From: Blasia pusilla
Taxonomy: Eukaryota
DNA: 64,000 nucleotides
Direction of reading: 5' to 3'
Assembly (NCBI GenBank): GCA_050084515.1
Contig: CM114271.1
Coordinates: 17,918,001-17,982,000, forward strand
Shown here: positions 40,650 through 52,530 of the stretch, in pieces
Position numbering within the stretch: the first letter of the stretch is position 1
Layout of the letters: each line of letters opens with the position of its first letter
The notes under the pieces: model-generated
The model's input: the letters and a program-made list of their open reading frames with translations, nothing else
Told to the model about the DNA's origin: nothing
Databases searched by the model: none
Made by a program: the position numbers and the translations under genes

Positions 40650-40726
40650 ACTCACGAGAGATCCCGCTTCAGCTCTTGCTTGTAGCCCAGGGCTTCCAAC
40701 CGCGCTTGCCCTGGGTCGACCGACAT
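36347..40726 (-). CDS. BAT1: Amino-acid permease BAT1/GABP-like (APC superfamily), 510 aa
   Basis: Exons 40726-40656, 39603-39343, 39139-39121, 38587-38368, 38100-37919, 37591-37302, 37200-37071 and 36706-36347 total 1533 nt with GT-AG boundaries and consistent phases. Motifs: LEALGYKQELKRDLS, SNFAFSFSIIS, AEICSAYPTSGGLYYW, GYDASAHMSEET, SRMVFAFSRDGAMP, LNYTPVAVGG, SARHWFKGP. Confidence 0.93.
36724..36990. repeat. Diverged tandem duplication (~140 bp period) inside the last permease intron
   Basis: TTTCAGAT.GGCAT...GAGAGATTGGACGGAGAG...GAGAGGAT.TGATGTGGGAGGAG...TCGTAGA occurs twice (~36724 and ~36867). Confidence 0.8.
40355..40686. repeat. Tandem duplication of permease exon-1 end, splice donor and (CT)n intron start
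   Basis: Copy A starts at 40355 and copy B at 40487. Each reads TAGCTCAGTTTCAACAGAAAAAGGTACTAG...(AG)n CACTCACGAGAGATCCCGCTTCAGCTCTTGCTTG, with (AG)n of about 16 vs about 47 units. Confidence 0.92.
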
Positions 40727-43220
40727 GATCAGCGTTTCCTTCGCGGGATCAATTGTGCCCGCTCGAATTGTCCCCTCCGCGCACGATTTACACTCCCCCC
40801 TCGTCCTCTCCCCGCTTCTGCTCAGATTCCCACCTATTGCATCAAGTCTCACTCCGGAGACGCCGATGCGTAGAGCAGCGCAGCGCAGCACAGCACAGAG
40901 CAGAGCAGCTGAAGCCGTCGCTGTCAACTCTTCACATTCCCTTCCAACCAGTCTGTGCAGGAGAGTGCTCGCGGAATCGAAGAAAGAAACACTCAGAGCT
41001 GAGATTCTGGGCGAGGAAGAACGACACCGCCTTTGGTGAGATTCGCAGCTGCACTCACTCACTCACTCTCTCTCTGGCGAACCGAAAAGCTTCCAAAGAG
41101 GGATCGCCCTTCTCTGCCACATGTCCACTGTAATCTAAATCTGACCCATTTTAGTGCGGAGAACAATTGCCCCGGAGTCATTAATTAAAAAAGGACCGGA
41201 CACTTTGGATAAGGATATTATTTGCGTTTGTCGTTGACCGGAATATTAGGAGATCCTCTTAATAAATAAATAATTAGGAATCACTTTTATTGGAAAATGA
41301 AATTCTTGCATGTTCATTTTGCAAGGGCTGCAATTTATGGAGGGGTAGGCTTATTATTTATGCAAGTGACCAATATTCACCAGCTTCCCCCGCTCAAGTT
41401 TGTTTCTTTGAATTCTTCTTGCTTGTGACGTCAAAATGGTTTTTGATTCGCCCATTGTCATGTGTTTACACATGAAGAAGTTAACTTTTTTTTTTTTTTT
41501 TTTTTCACCTCATTGAACTGGAGATGCTTCAAGTAGTAAGTTGGAAAATAACCTGTCATAGTGGAATTTTCCTGACTTTTATCATTTTCTTGGAAGTTGG
41601 CTGAAAGTCGAGGTGAAGATAAAATTGTGTCCATTTCTAATGGGCAAAATCAACTATGCCATCAAACTCACTTAGAGGATGGACTTCAAAGTGTCACGAG
41701 AATCTCAACGTCATGTCCTTAACCATGCCCTTAAGATTTGGATACCATTTACCAGCCAAACCGAATTAATTGGATTCTATCTCTTTATTTAGTGGGGAGT
41801 CTCATTCTACTGTCTGGGAAAGTAGCAGGTGTTAGTGACTCACGATACATACCATTTTAAATAAATAAATTAATAAATAAAATGGGTCACCATGTGAGAA
41901 AATTTCCTTATGAGGGATACCCAAAGCAAGGCAAAGCACTTAAGAAATGTATCCTCCAATTGGCATATAGATAGATGTATATTTTTTTCCATTGTGGGTG
42001 CTTGATAAGTGACCACTCATGATAGGCTGCATGGACTCCCATGTCAACATGCCTCCACCATTGGCTTTAGAAACTCTTAGTGCCCATTTGAAAGTGTATG
42101 TCCCACATGCCCCATCTGAGCAGTTGCGTGACACTACTCTTCCAAGTTCACGTATAAGTACTTAAAGGTTTTCTTGGCCATAAGATCCCATGATTTAAAT
42201 TTAATATTTATTTCATGGGAAAATTTGAATTTTCTGTACGGCCCTACTATGTAGGCGACTCTTCACTCTTCCAGTTAAAATATTTTTTATTTGCTAACCG
42301 AATAAAAAATTTAAATTTAAACGAGCTAGGATGGGTTTAAATTTATGCACTTGAGGAGTTCTTTCTCTTTTATATGACGGTGAGAAAGGAATATATTAGT
42401 TGAATAAATAATGAATTTCTACGGCCATACGAAAACAAAAGGGGTGCAAGAAAATTCAACACCTACACCGCCTAAGAGAGGCGTACGAAACTTCACTGTA
42501 TAAGAACTTTCTTTTGTGATTAATAAACGATCTTGATATATGAGTAGTTGAATAAGTCACAGGTTACGATGATTATTTAATTATTGGCGGGCCAGTTTTT
42601 TCTTCCGCATTTGGATTTTGATTGTATAATTTAATAATAACTTTACTAAATGCATAGTTTAAACATTTTTCTGTTTCCGGGTTGGTTATAGTCTTCGCTT
42701 GTATGATTCTTTGAGTCTCCTCTTTTTTTACTAGTTAAGATCCGTGAAGGATGGATCATGGTTCTATATATGTATACGCGCATGGTCTTGAAATTATTCA
42801 TACATATGCGACCGGTTGGTAAACAAAGTGTTCGCAGATAATCTTTTGAAGTTTTCGTCATTTCAGAAACGCTTCTCAAATTATGATATAGATTCCGCAT
42901 CTCCCTTTTTTTATTGAAGTCTCCCATTAGTTTCGACCATTAAGACGTTTGAGGATGCCTTTCATTCTTGTTGAATTTCTTAGTGTAAAAACCCGATTTC
43001 CTCTTTCCCAATTTTTACCATTTTTTTCATGTGAGTGTGTCGTAGTTGGTTTGTAAAAATTAATGGTGAATTGATTTCACTCTATAATTTTAACATATTA
43101 GAAAATTTCAAGAAAAAAGAGACATACACAAAAGCCCCGTATTATATTAAAAACATAGAAGTTTAGGTGATGAGAGAATCTGACATATAAATGCACCATA
43201 TTACATTAATCTTACATATG

Positions 43221-43267
43221 TTTGAACCTATCTCTCATCACCATAGATGAGTAGAGATAGGTTCAAA
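43221..43267. repeat. Imperfect hairpin with 15-bp perfect outer stem
   Basis: TTTGAACCTATCTCT (43221-43235) pairs with AGAGATAGGTTCAAA (43253-43267). There is an inner CATC/GATG pairing. Confidence 0.85.
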
Positions 43268-45469
43268 AGATTGCGTTGGACCACCCAAATAAGGAGGGAA
43301 CCATCCTAATAAAATTGGTCTTCATTACCATTACCAAAAGGGGAATAATTAATGTACAAAATCTTTCTAAAATAAGTGAAACTATATACAGAGAAATTAT
43401 GAATCAGTTGCATTTAAAAAATATATAAATAATATAAAGAATCAAATGGAAAGACATCCACCACATTTAAAACTTACTATACCCCCTTTCATAGCACGGA
43501 ACCAATAAAAGAATTCCTGGTGTTATTCAAATATTTTCTTATCCGTCTTAAAAATTCAACATTATCATGTCACGACTAGATATAGAGATTTTCCAAAAAA
43601 TAAATAAAATCTGGACTCCTTGAAAAGCACACTTTCTCTTTTAGAGATTTCCAGGCAGTTTTTTCCAAACTAAAATAGGTCACAATTCAAAACTGTATTA
43701 TTCAAAAGCCACGTGTCACCACAAGAAAAAACTCAAAAAAAATCCTCCCATCAACATGGATAACCCAAACATATCTGAAGAAAAGACAAAAGCATAATAT
43801 AACTCGGAAGGGCTTTTTCCTGAAAGGTAACACGCCTCGTAAGAGCCGGTTAATATTAGCAAAAAAGTACTTTACGCTTATAACTAATACCCGCGTACCG
43901 AGTCACCAATGGACACCTGGAATGTCTTCAAGAGTGGGATATGTCATTGTTAGGACCCTAAGTTACAGGGAGGGCGGCCCAGACGTGTCCAGGACATCCA
44001 CGTCACGTAAATGTCCAGGCTTTCGTTTCAAAGTGCCTGTTCGCTGACGGTCCGTAGCCAAGGGAAAGTCGTAGGAATACAGTTTTCTCGGGATACGTGG
44101 CTACCCACTTCCCACGTGTCGTCTTTCTATAAGATCTACGAACGTGGTGGTTTTTACGAATTACAAAATATTGTGAAAATCTCACATAAATTTATCAGTT
44201 AGAAAGACTTCTTTTCTGGATTTTAAAATAAAAACAATTTTCCATAAGAGTAAATTGAAATAATATTTATGAGAAAATTAGTCAAGTTTATTTATAAGAG
44301 TACGTTAAAGTCACACATATGGAAATGAAAGGTTGTGACAAAATTCTCACAACTTTGAAATTCTAATAATTGGAAAAAAAAGGTCATTATGATATGGAGT
44401 TAATTTTTAAGAAAATCGATATGAGCATTTTTGTTAACTTTTTAGGTATCTATTTCGTGCGAAGAATTTCCAAAGACTAAAATATGACTTGAAAAAATTC
44501 CCAGATGAAAATCTCTCATAAGAAATTTCTTACGAAGGAAAAATGACATGGAGATTTTATTTATGTTGGATATTTATCATTACTATCCCGAATTCCTCGT
44601 GCATATTTTCAAATAAGAAAATGCGACTTGACATTATTTCTGGTTTGATGAATTCACAAATGGAAAACCGGCTGAAATTTACCGGTTAGATGTTTTCGGA
44701 GACTCAAGTTTGACCTGCAAATTTTCCGATTGGATGTTGCCGTCCTAAGGTTTTTGGACCTAGGAAGAAATGATGCACTTCGACAAAAACGAGTGATGGA
44801 AAACCCATCGGAAGTACAAAAGAGGGGGACTCAAAGAGTCAAACCCTGAAGGCCACAACAAGACCAGAAAAGGAAGAAGGGGGCATTCCCCCCCTAAGAC
44901 CTAGGAATAGATCGAGAGAGTATCATGCTTGTGAAAGCATAACTCTGGCCGAACTGCCAAACAGACGATCTGCCAAGCATCAATTCTACTGGAAACCAAG
45001 TCATAGTAACCCTAACTACGGATTGTTCATGTATACTATGATTGCTCTCTAGAGTAGCGACATAGAAAACTTTAGAGGCAACTGGCTGGACGTCTGATGT
45101 GGCACTTTGAGGGGGCCGCTCACGCAACAAACTTGCAGAGGGGCCACCCAAGCAACCAAACTTGGGGAGGGGGCTAGTTAAGCAAATATATGGAAAACTC
45201 CCGGATGTAATGTTTACGGTGAGCTCAACAAATACAAGACTGAAGACTTTTGTTGTGTGCCAAAAATATGGAGCCGGCGGCGGCCGTCACCGTCATAGTC
45301 ACCGTCAACCGTCACCGTCAATGGTCCACCGTCTGTTGTCCACCCTTGGTTGCCATTGCCGCCGTTACGGAGTGGAGGGTCTTCCACAACGTTCGATGAT
45401 TCTCGGACTTGCGTCGCCATCACGTACTTTTTTTTGGCCGCCACCGTCATCAACTTGTGATGGCATATG

Positions 45470-48025
45470 ACCTCCTGTTATAGTGTTTGAGTTTTGATTT
45501 CATGCTGCTGTGTTGTGATTGGCAAGAGGCAAGAGTGATCGGGTGAGAAGGGCACGAGAGTCATCACGGCGTCAGTTCGGGACTTTGAGAGGCGAGGTGG
45601 TGAACCCGTGAGTAGCTCTAGAGGTTTTACGCGGAGTGGCATGAGGTTCCGAGGATCTTCACTTCAGGGACCATCTCGACCTCCTTTTGTGTCATCTTCA
45701 GACGAGGGGGAGGGTGAAGAGGAGTTTTTGAGCACATCGCCACACATTGTGAGTGGTCCTACCAGTTGGGCGTACGAGATGGACGACCGGGGTAGAGGAC
45801 CGCGTAGGTTTTCAGGTGTAGTAGGTACGATTGAGTTGCACGATTTCATAGTAGAGTTTAGGAGTTGGTGCAACTCCCAGCAGGCCAGGAACTCTAGAGA
45901 GTTCAACCCGTTTACAGCATGGAACGGTATGTTCCAGCATTAAGAGGGGGCACCCATGGACGATTACCATGAGTTTTCCCACAAATATGCCCACGAGATT
46001 GAGGCATGGCGACTCTACTACGACCCACACTATGTGTCATGGAACGGAGCCGTTCCCAGATGAGGAGGAGGAGTCAAGAGAGGCTACTTCCTCTTCCACT
46101 AGTGATGTTTTAGGAGGGGTCACTCGCACTGGAGCTGTTGCACAGTCTAGTTGGGTTTGTCCCAAGTTCAACCCCGTGGTTGAGTTCTTTGCTGAGTTGA
46201 GGGCGAGCTACCAGGGGGTACGGACGGAGAAGTTGCGGAGCATCCAAAACTTCCAAAGGCGCCCAGTGAGAGTTTACGTGAGGCTTACACTCGCTTGCGC
46301 CGGTTGATCAACGTCACTCAGGGGGTGACAGAGGCTTAGGCTATCCAGTCATAGTAGGCGATGCTGGACCAGACCCTGCGGCCATAGGTGGGGGAGGGGA
46401 TGCTTCTTATGAACACCTCCCCGACGTTGAGAGATGTTTTTAGGACCGGCGAGAACATTGAGCGCAATATGGCGGAGGAGAGCGTAGCCACCATGGGTTA
46501 TGGGCGAGAGCTGTCGCAATTGGCTGACCACCTGTGCAGCAACATGGACAACTATGGCACCATGAGCTCAAGGAGGATATCGGGAGCCCGTGGCACAGAG
46601 ACCTGCGCCTTCATATGCGGCTCAACAGCAGCCGCCTACTATTACTTGTTGGTCATGTGGTGGAGCCCATCATCAGCCCCATTGCACTTGTCAGGGTCAT
46701 GGACGTATGTCTCAGCCTGGAGGAGGAGATGGTGCTGCACCAGGAGGTTATCAATGTGACTATTGTCATAGGTATGGTCATACACGCGCTAGGTGTTTCA
46801 GTTTACATCCAGGGTTACGTCTGGACCGAGAGCGAGAGAGGTACTAGGGCGAGTAGCTGGTCCGGGTGGGCCTAGAGATGGTGCACCAGGTGGTCCCGTT
46901 GGGAGACGAGGAGCTGGAGTTGCCCGACAGGGTGGTGGAGCTCCCCGTGGAGGAGGTAGAGTACCACCACCTAGACGCGCCGAGGGAGACGCCGGACGTG
47001 AGGCTAGGATGGCTGCTCAGATACAGCAGCTACAGGAGTAGATTTCTGCTATGGCATTGAGGCTACCCGATGCCGGATCCGTGGCATCGACATCATATGG
47101 AGTAGCCAAAGATCTGGAGGATCCTGGTTGGATGTGCGGGGTTGCCTTGATGGAGGCCGCCGCAGTTGTGACGCGTGGAGCAACCGCAGAGTTGGATCCA
47201 CAGCGAGGGAAAGCCAGAGAACAGACTAGGCTTCCTCAGTCTTTCATGTCGTCCGAAGCGATGAGGACCCCATCAATGGGTCCTCATCAAAGTTCCTTGA
47301 GAGTTGGTGATGTTGTTGGTGTGCAGGCACGGAGGGCGATGGGAGAAGCGAGTACGACGACTCCTATTGTTGATGCTCAGGAGGGGCATGTGTCGAGCAC
47401 GTTGTTGGGGGCGGCCACCGTTGTGTACCGCACTCCTTTATTTTCTGCTTCCGATGTTATGACGTTGGGGGGTACGCCCGCCGAGGCTTTTCTGCTGGTC
47501 GCTTCACTATGTGAGCGCGGAGTTGGAGTTCCTGCATCACATTCAGAGGTGATTGCAAAGAAGGTGATGGACCTGCCCTTGGAGCGGATGCTCAGACCGT
47601 CCACATCATATTCATGGCAGGCTGTGGCTGCTAGGATGGCGGAGATGCCCGCTAGACCCGCGATAGAGCATGCCATGGCTTCTCTTGGTGTTGTGTTGCT
47701 GGATAATCGAGGAGAGGTCTTCCAGTTGGTGAGTCATGGTGGTAAATTTTTTAGTCCGCATCGCGTCTTGTTGGATTCAGGAGTGCAACCCTTGATGTTG
47801 GGGAAAGCGTCATTCAGAGGATTGGGTTTGACGAGAGCCGATGTGGAGCGTTTCCATTCCGGATACAGATATCCTTGAGTGGAGCGAGTACCACACAGTA
47901 TATCACCCGATAGGAGGTGAGGATTTGCCCAGGACATCCTACAGATGAGTCCGTGGTGCGCGCCAAGGCGATAGTAACTGATGCAGAGTCCTACGACGTC
48001 TTGGTTGGTGGAGCAGTGTTATACC
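45470..48025 (+). mobile_element. Decayed LTR retrotransposon internal region (gag with two CCHC zinc knuckles plus aspartic protease), interrupted at 48026
   Basis: Gag-like text across frames (FSGVVGTIELHDFIVEF, FFAELRASYQGVRTEKLRSIQNFQR). Knuckles CWSCGGAHHQPHC and CDYCHRYGHTRARC. Protease VLLDSGVQP and YDVLVGG. Multiple stops and frameshifts. Confidence 0.85.
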
Positions 48026-50340
48026 TGTGATACCCACAATTTTGTACTCTTGAAGAATATATCTTTTTATTCAACGAAGACTCTTGAACATTATGATTTT
48101 GATTATGATTATTTATTATTATGAGGAAGAATGAGTAAAATTAAAGTGAATCACGAAGCTCCTGGGACAAGGCAGAGAGATGGAAGATCAAGGATTTGCC
48201 TTAGAGGAGAGGAAAACGCAATAACAAAGTCTCAAGACTCAGAACGAAGCTTAACGAAGCTCAACGAAGATGTACGAAGCTCTGTCTATGAAGTGCTTTG
48301 CTACATAACAAAGCATACTGAAGCAGGAAGAAAAGAAGAAAGAAGTACTTCGCTCTTGTACGAAGCGCGAAGCACGAAGCACCTGAAATAAGAACAAAGC
48401 ATGGAGTAATTCGTCCTCATGGAGCCAAGAAGAGTGAAGCAGATCGAAGCGAAGATAAGAATGACTGTGATTTCAAGCGACACATGTTAGAACAGTTAGA
48501 CTAGGAAAGGGCGCGACCCTTTGTATCAAATTGGTAGTTAGGACAGTTTTGCACCGCGGATTCACAGGGTACGAAGCGCGAAGCACAAAGCACCTAAAAT
48601 AAGAACAAAGCATGGAGTAATTCGTCCTCATGGAGCCAAGCAGAGTGAAGCACATCGAAGCGAAGATAAGAATGACTGTGATTTCAAGCGACACATGTTA
48701 GAACAGTTAGACTAGGAAAGGGCGCGACCCTTTGTATCAAATTGGTAGTTAGGACAATTTTGCACCGCGGATTCACAGGGACCGTAGGAAAAGCAAGGAG
48801 AACCATAGATCTAGGTAGTTAGAAATAGTGAAGAGACACTAGCTTCATCAAGAACGCTTCGAATCTTTGGATCACTTCCACTCCAGCGAATATTTAAGAA
48901 GCAAGACGGAAGCCATAATCATCATTCTCTTACGAAGTCCTTATGCTATAGGAATGGTCCGAGCAAGAGAGTAGTACCCTCTCAAGCTTGTATACACTTT
49001 GAAGCTTTCTCGTTCTTGATGGAGTAGTAAAGCAATCATTCATTCATTCTGAGGTGCAATGCTTATGTCTGAGTATTCTTTGTGGGTCTGTAGAGTGAAG
49101 AGTGAATTAGGCGAACCTTTCTCATTAGTGAAATAATCAACCTGAGTTGTAAGAAATCTGTTTGACACAAAGTAGCGTGCCGAGACGGATTGAGTTCCGA
49201 AAGTAGGAGAAGCGAGCTTTCGTGTTGAAATCTCTATGAGGTTTCTTGATGTGGAGAGGAAAATCTACCCGAACATGCTATCAATTCCACTAAAGAGAAT
49301 CAAGAAAAGATCCTTTGGTACTAAGAAAGATCAGAAGATATTGATAAGACATTGAATATAACTCATACACATTTAAATACAACTATTACAACAGAATTGT
49401 AATTTTGAACTCTCTTTTCATCAAACAATGATCCTCTTGGGGATCGAACTTATTAAAACGACTATAAAATAGAAACTCTTGTACATTACATATAGCAAGA
49501 AACTTTTTGGCACCGCTGTCGGGGATCATATTCTTTGCTGAAAAGGGAGAGAGATACATGGGGAATCCGGGAGCGGGGAAAGAAGCCTCGTCTCTTGGAA
49601 GACCCAACCAGCTAGTTCTTACTGAAGACCATCTGACATCTCTAGCTATCCCCCTCAGATAATGGATGAAAGAAGATAACAATAGATTTTCTGCATTGGT
49701 GCTAGAAAAGATAGAACAATTAATGAGTCTTGTCAATAAACGAGTCGCCGAACGGTGCTCCGCCCATGAACGTCAGTTGTACTTGGTGATGACCCGGTAC
49801 TTCTGTTTATGGGAGGAAAAACTGGCAGGAAGATTAAGAGCACCTGGCACACTCCTGTAGGCTTAGGAAGTAGAAACATTTAATTTCCCTCCATGGACCC
49901 CTACCTTCTGGCGACCGTGGGTGCGGAAGCAAGCTCCCGAATCCCAGAAAGGGCTCATGGAAGGCTCTCGGCCCTCTTCGCAAGATCAGCGAGCCGATCG
50001 ACGCAGTAAGCAACAAGAAGATCACCCAACTTGGAGACCTCCTGGGCTATCTCCCGATCTTCGTCTTCGCACGAAACCTAAGAGCAAGAAGAGAGACAGG
50101 AACAAACTCTCCACTACGTCCCCTGCCAGTTTGCAATCGGACGAAGAGTCAACCTGGGACCCCTTTGGGGAGTCAGGCGCGGAGCCGACCAAATCAACTA
50201 GAGCGGAGCCGCTACCTCCTCCCTCCCAAGCATCAAGCCCGGAACCTAGCAGCACACCATTCCCCATGGATAATAGTGTGATTATTAAGGCTCTCAACGA
50301 GTGCATTTTAGGACCGCACTCCAAAACAAATGGCAACATT
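48026..50340 (+). mobile_element. Nested Ty3/gypsy (Athila/Tat-like) element: ~1.5-kb 5' LTR, PBS and truncated gag start
   Basis: Begins TGTGATACCC exactly where homology of the host protease to 33563-34085 stops. PBS TGGCACCGCTGTCGGGGA at 49508-49525 resembles the TGGCGCCGTTGCCGGGGA type. It is followed by a gag-like frame from ATG ~49558 containing stops. The LTR lacks a clean terminal CA, and no second LTR is seen. Confidence 0.75.
48358..48780. repeat. Near-identical 211-bp tandem duplication inside the LTR
   Basis: GTACGAAGCGCGAAGCAC...GGATTCACAGGG begins at 48358 and at 48569, with few mismatches. Confidence 0.95.
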
Positions 50341-51616
50341 ATTCAAGAAGTACATTAAATGTTCTTGTATTTTCATTTAGAAAAAGGTTGAACCTTGGAA
50401 ACAACTTCTTCATGCCCCACGTTTAAAGTGGATAAGCTTCCATTTGCAAACATTATGTCAGGTGGCAAGTGTGGATATAGTAGATCCATTGAGTTCATGA
50501 ATTTTCAATGGATTCTCTCATCCTTTATTTTTATGCATGATGTTTCTTTCTATTGGAAACTTTATTTCCTCTTATACAAGTTAGGAAAGATCCTCACGCC
50601 TATTCATCCTTGGGTTAGTGGGACATGGGTGAGAAGTGGGTTATGATTCACGAGGGTCTCATGCAAAACATGCCATTCTTGGGAGTCTTCGAACCTGGGA
50701 CATGCACCTCCGTATTGAGCCCGCCCTCCACTCCACCAGAGTCTCCTGCATGTAATGGATGGTATTGATGCATTTCTTAATCCCTTTTCCAAATAGAACC
50801 TGTGGTTAAAAGATTTTGACCTCGTGTTAACTAACCCGAGGATGAATTTAGGCGCGAGGGGAAAGGTCAAAAATCACCTTATGACAACCCAAGCAAGCAA
50901 AATCTAGGCAAAGTTCCCAAGGCACCAACATTTAGCCTCGATAGAAATCTAGGAGTCTTTCTACATCTTTTTATTTAAAATTTTCTAAAAAAATACAAGT
51001 GAAAAAGATATGATGGTATGTCATTTATTATGTTAAGGAGATTTGGTACATCAAAGACTATTGTTGATGTTATCGATGAGAACACATCATACACTATTTT
51101 CATGTTTGTAGAAAAATTAAACCACAAGTTTTGATCAACGGAAATTAAAAATTGAGCTATTTAGAAAGAGCATTGAGTGCTCTTGTGACATACCCTCGAA
51201 AAGATATATGTAGACAAATATGAAACTTGAAAATTAGACAAAATAGATCAATCTGTGTCAATTATGTAAAGCAAGTACCTAAAACAACTCATTATCCTAG
51301 CTAGATTGTCCATAACATTGAATATCAAGACATTTTTAGGCATGGGATAACTTCATGTTGGGATATTATCATAACTAACAAGTTACAGACACTACATAGG
51401 AAAGAGATAAAAGCAAAGGGTAGGTCAAGAGTATATCTAGATTGGTTAGTAAAGTCTATACATAGTACCAAAGAAGAGTGACAGAAAATGATAGGAGCAT
51501 AAAGCCCAAAATACTCTCATTTACTTGGATTTTCAATGAACAATGCATTCTATTTCTTGTATCAGGATGCAACATTGACTCTCTTCAACACTTTAGCGTT
51601 CTCAATTCACATCTAC

Positions 51617-52530
51617 CAGGGTTCCACACGGACAAAGTCCGTGTCCGTGAACGTGTCCATGTCCGCGAACTTACATCCGTCCCTAGGACGGACATGTCCA
51701 TGCTGGCCCGGGTACCCGCGGCCCCCATCTGAGCTCAATGAGCCCACACCCGTTTTGTGGCCCACGGCCATGCCCGCACACGACCAGGCGACACGGCTGG
51801 GCCCGCACACGGCGGGCTAGGCCCCTATTGGTCGGGCTCAGGCCCATGCATGGCGGGCTTGCCGCCCGCGGGTACCTGGGCGGCATGTCCGAACTTGCCC
51901 GTCCCATGGACAGACTTGTCCGTTTCCATGCAACGTTGACTTCTACTCAAGGTTGCATGTGGAGAAAGTTTGTGTTAGCGGACATGTCCATATCCGTGGA
52001 CTTATGTCCATCCTAGGACGAACATGTCATTGCGAGCATGGGTACACATGGCCATCCCGCCCGCAACCTTCATCCGAGGTTGGCCAACCCGCACATAGTC
52101 TAAGAACCCATAGCTCGGTTGGCCAACCTGTAGCTCATTTTTTGGCCCATATTGGCCTGCCCTAAGTTCGTATTGGCGAGTAATAGGCTCCCGTAGGGCG
52201 AGTTGTAGTTGCATAGGGCACGTCGGTGCAGGCTACGTGCAGGCCAATTCTTTGCCCGACTCCCTTAATATGAGCCCGAATGTAAGTGTTCCCGAGTCCC
52301 AAGCTTGCACAGGCCATTGGAGTATCGAAAAACTCGGCAGGAGATCCATTGGGTATGTGCGTCCCATTGATGCACATGTCTGTTTTCATGCAACCTTAAC
52401 CTTCCACCATGAGCTATAAGTATGGAGCCCACCTCTTGCAATCCATGTCCATGGAGATGTCCAAACTTGTCCGTCCTTGGAACCGACGTGTCTGATTTTG
52501 TACAACCATGCTTCTACTATGAGCTTGCTA
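51617..52530. mobile_element. GC-rich repeat island, possibly a non-autonomous hAT/MITE with subterminal repeats
   Basis: The left end CAGGGTTCCACACGGACAAAGT resembles the reverse complement of 52465-52486 (TCGGTTCCAAGGACGGACAAGT). There are many GTCC/GGAC motifs and internal direct repeats (51650-51720 vs 51980-52050; 51916 vs 52377 vs 52488). No clear TSD. Confidence 0.5.

Noticed and set aside
40076..40728. ORFs with long SL or RE repeats (also 16335-16715 and 34594-34839)
   Set aside because: These are translations of (GA/CT)n microsatellites, not genes.
40727..41062. Longer N-terminus for the permease suggested by the ORF track
   Set aside because: The upstream start is GTG, not ATG. 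The first in-frame ATG (40726) gives a family-typical 510-aa protein.
48358..48780. Direct repeats as a possible CRISPR-like array (also 10700-10823 and 51650-52050)
   Set aside because: There are only two or three long copies, no unique spacers and no cas genes, and the context is eukaryotic TE sequence.
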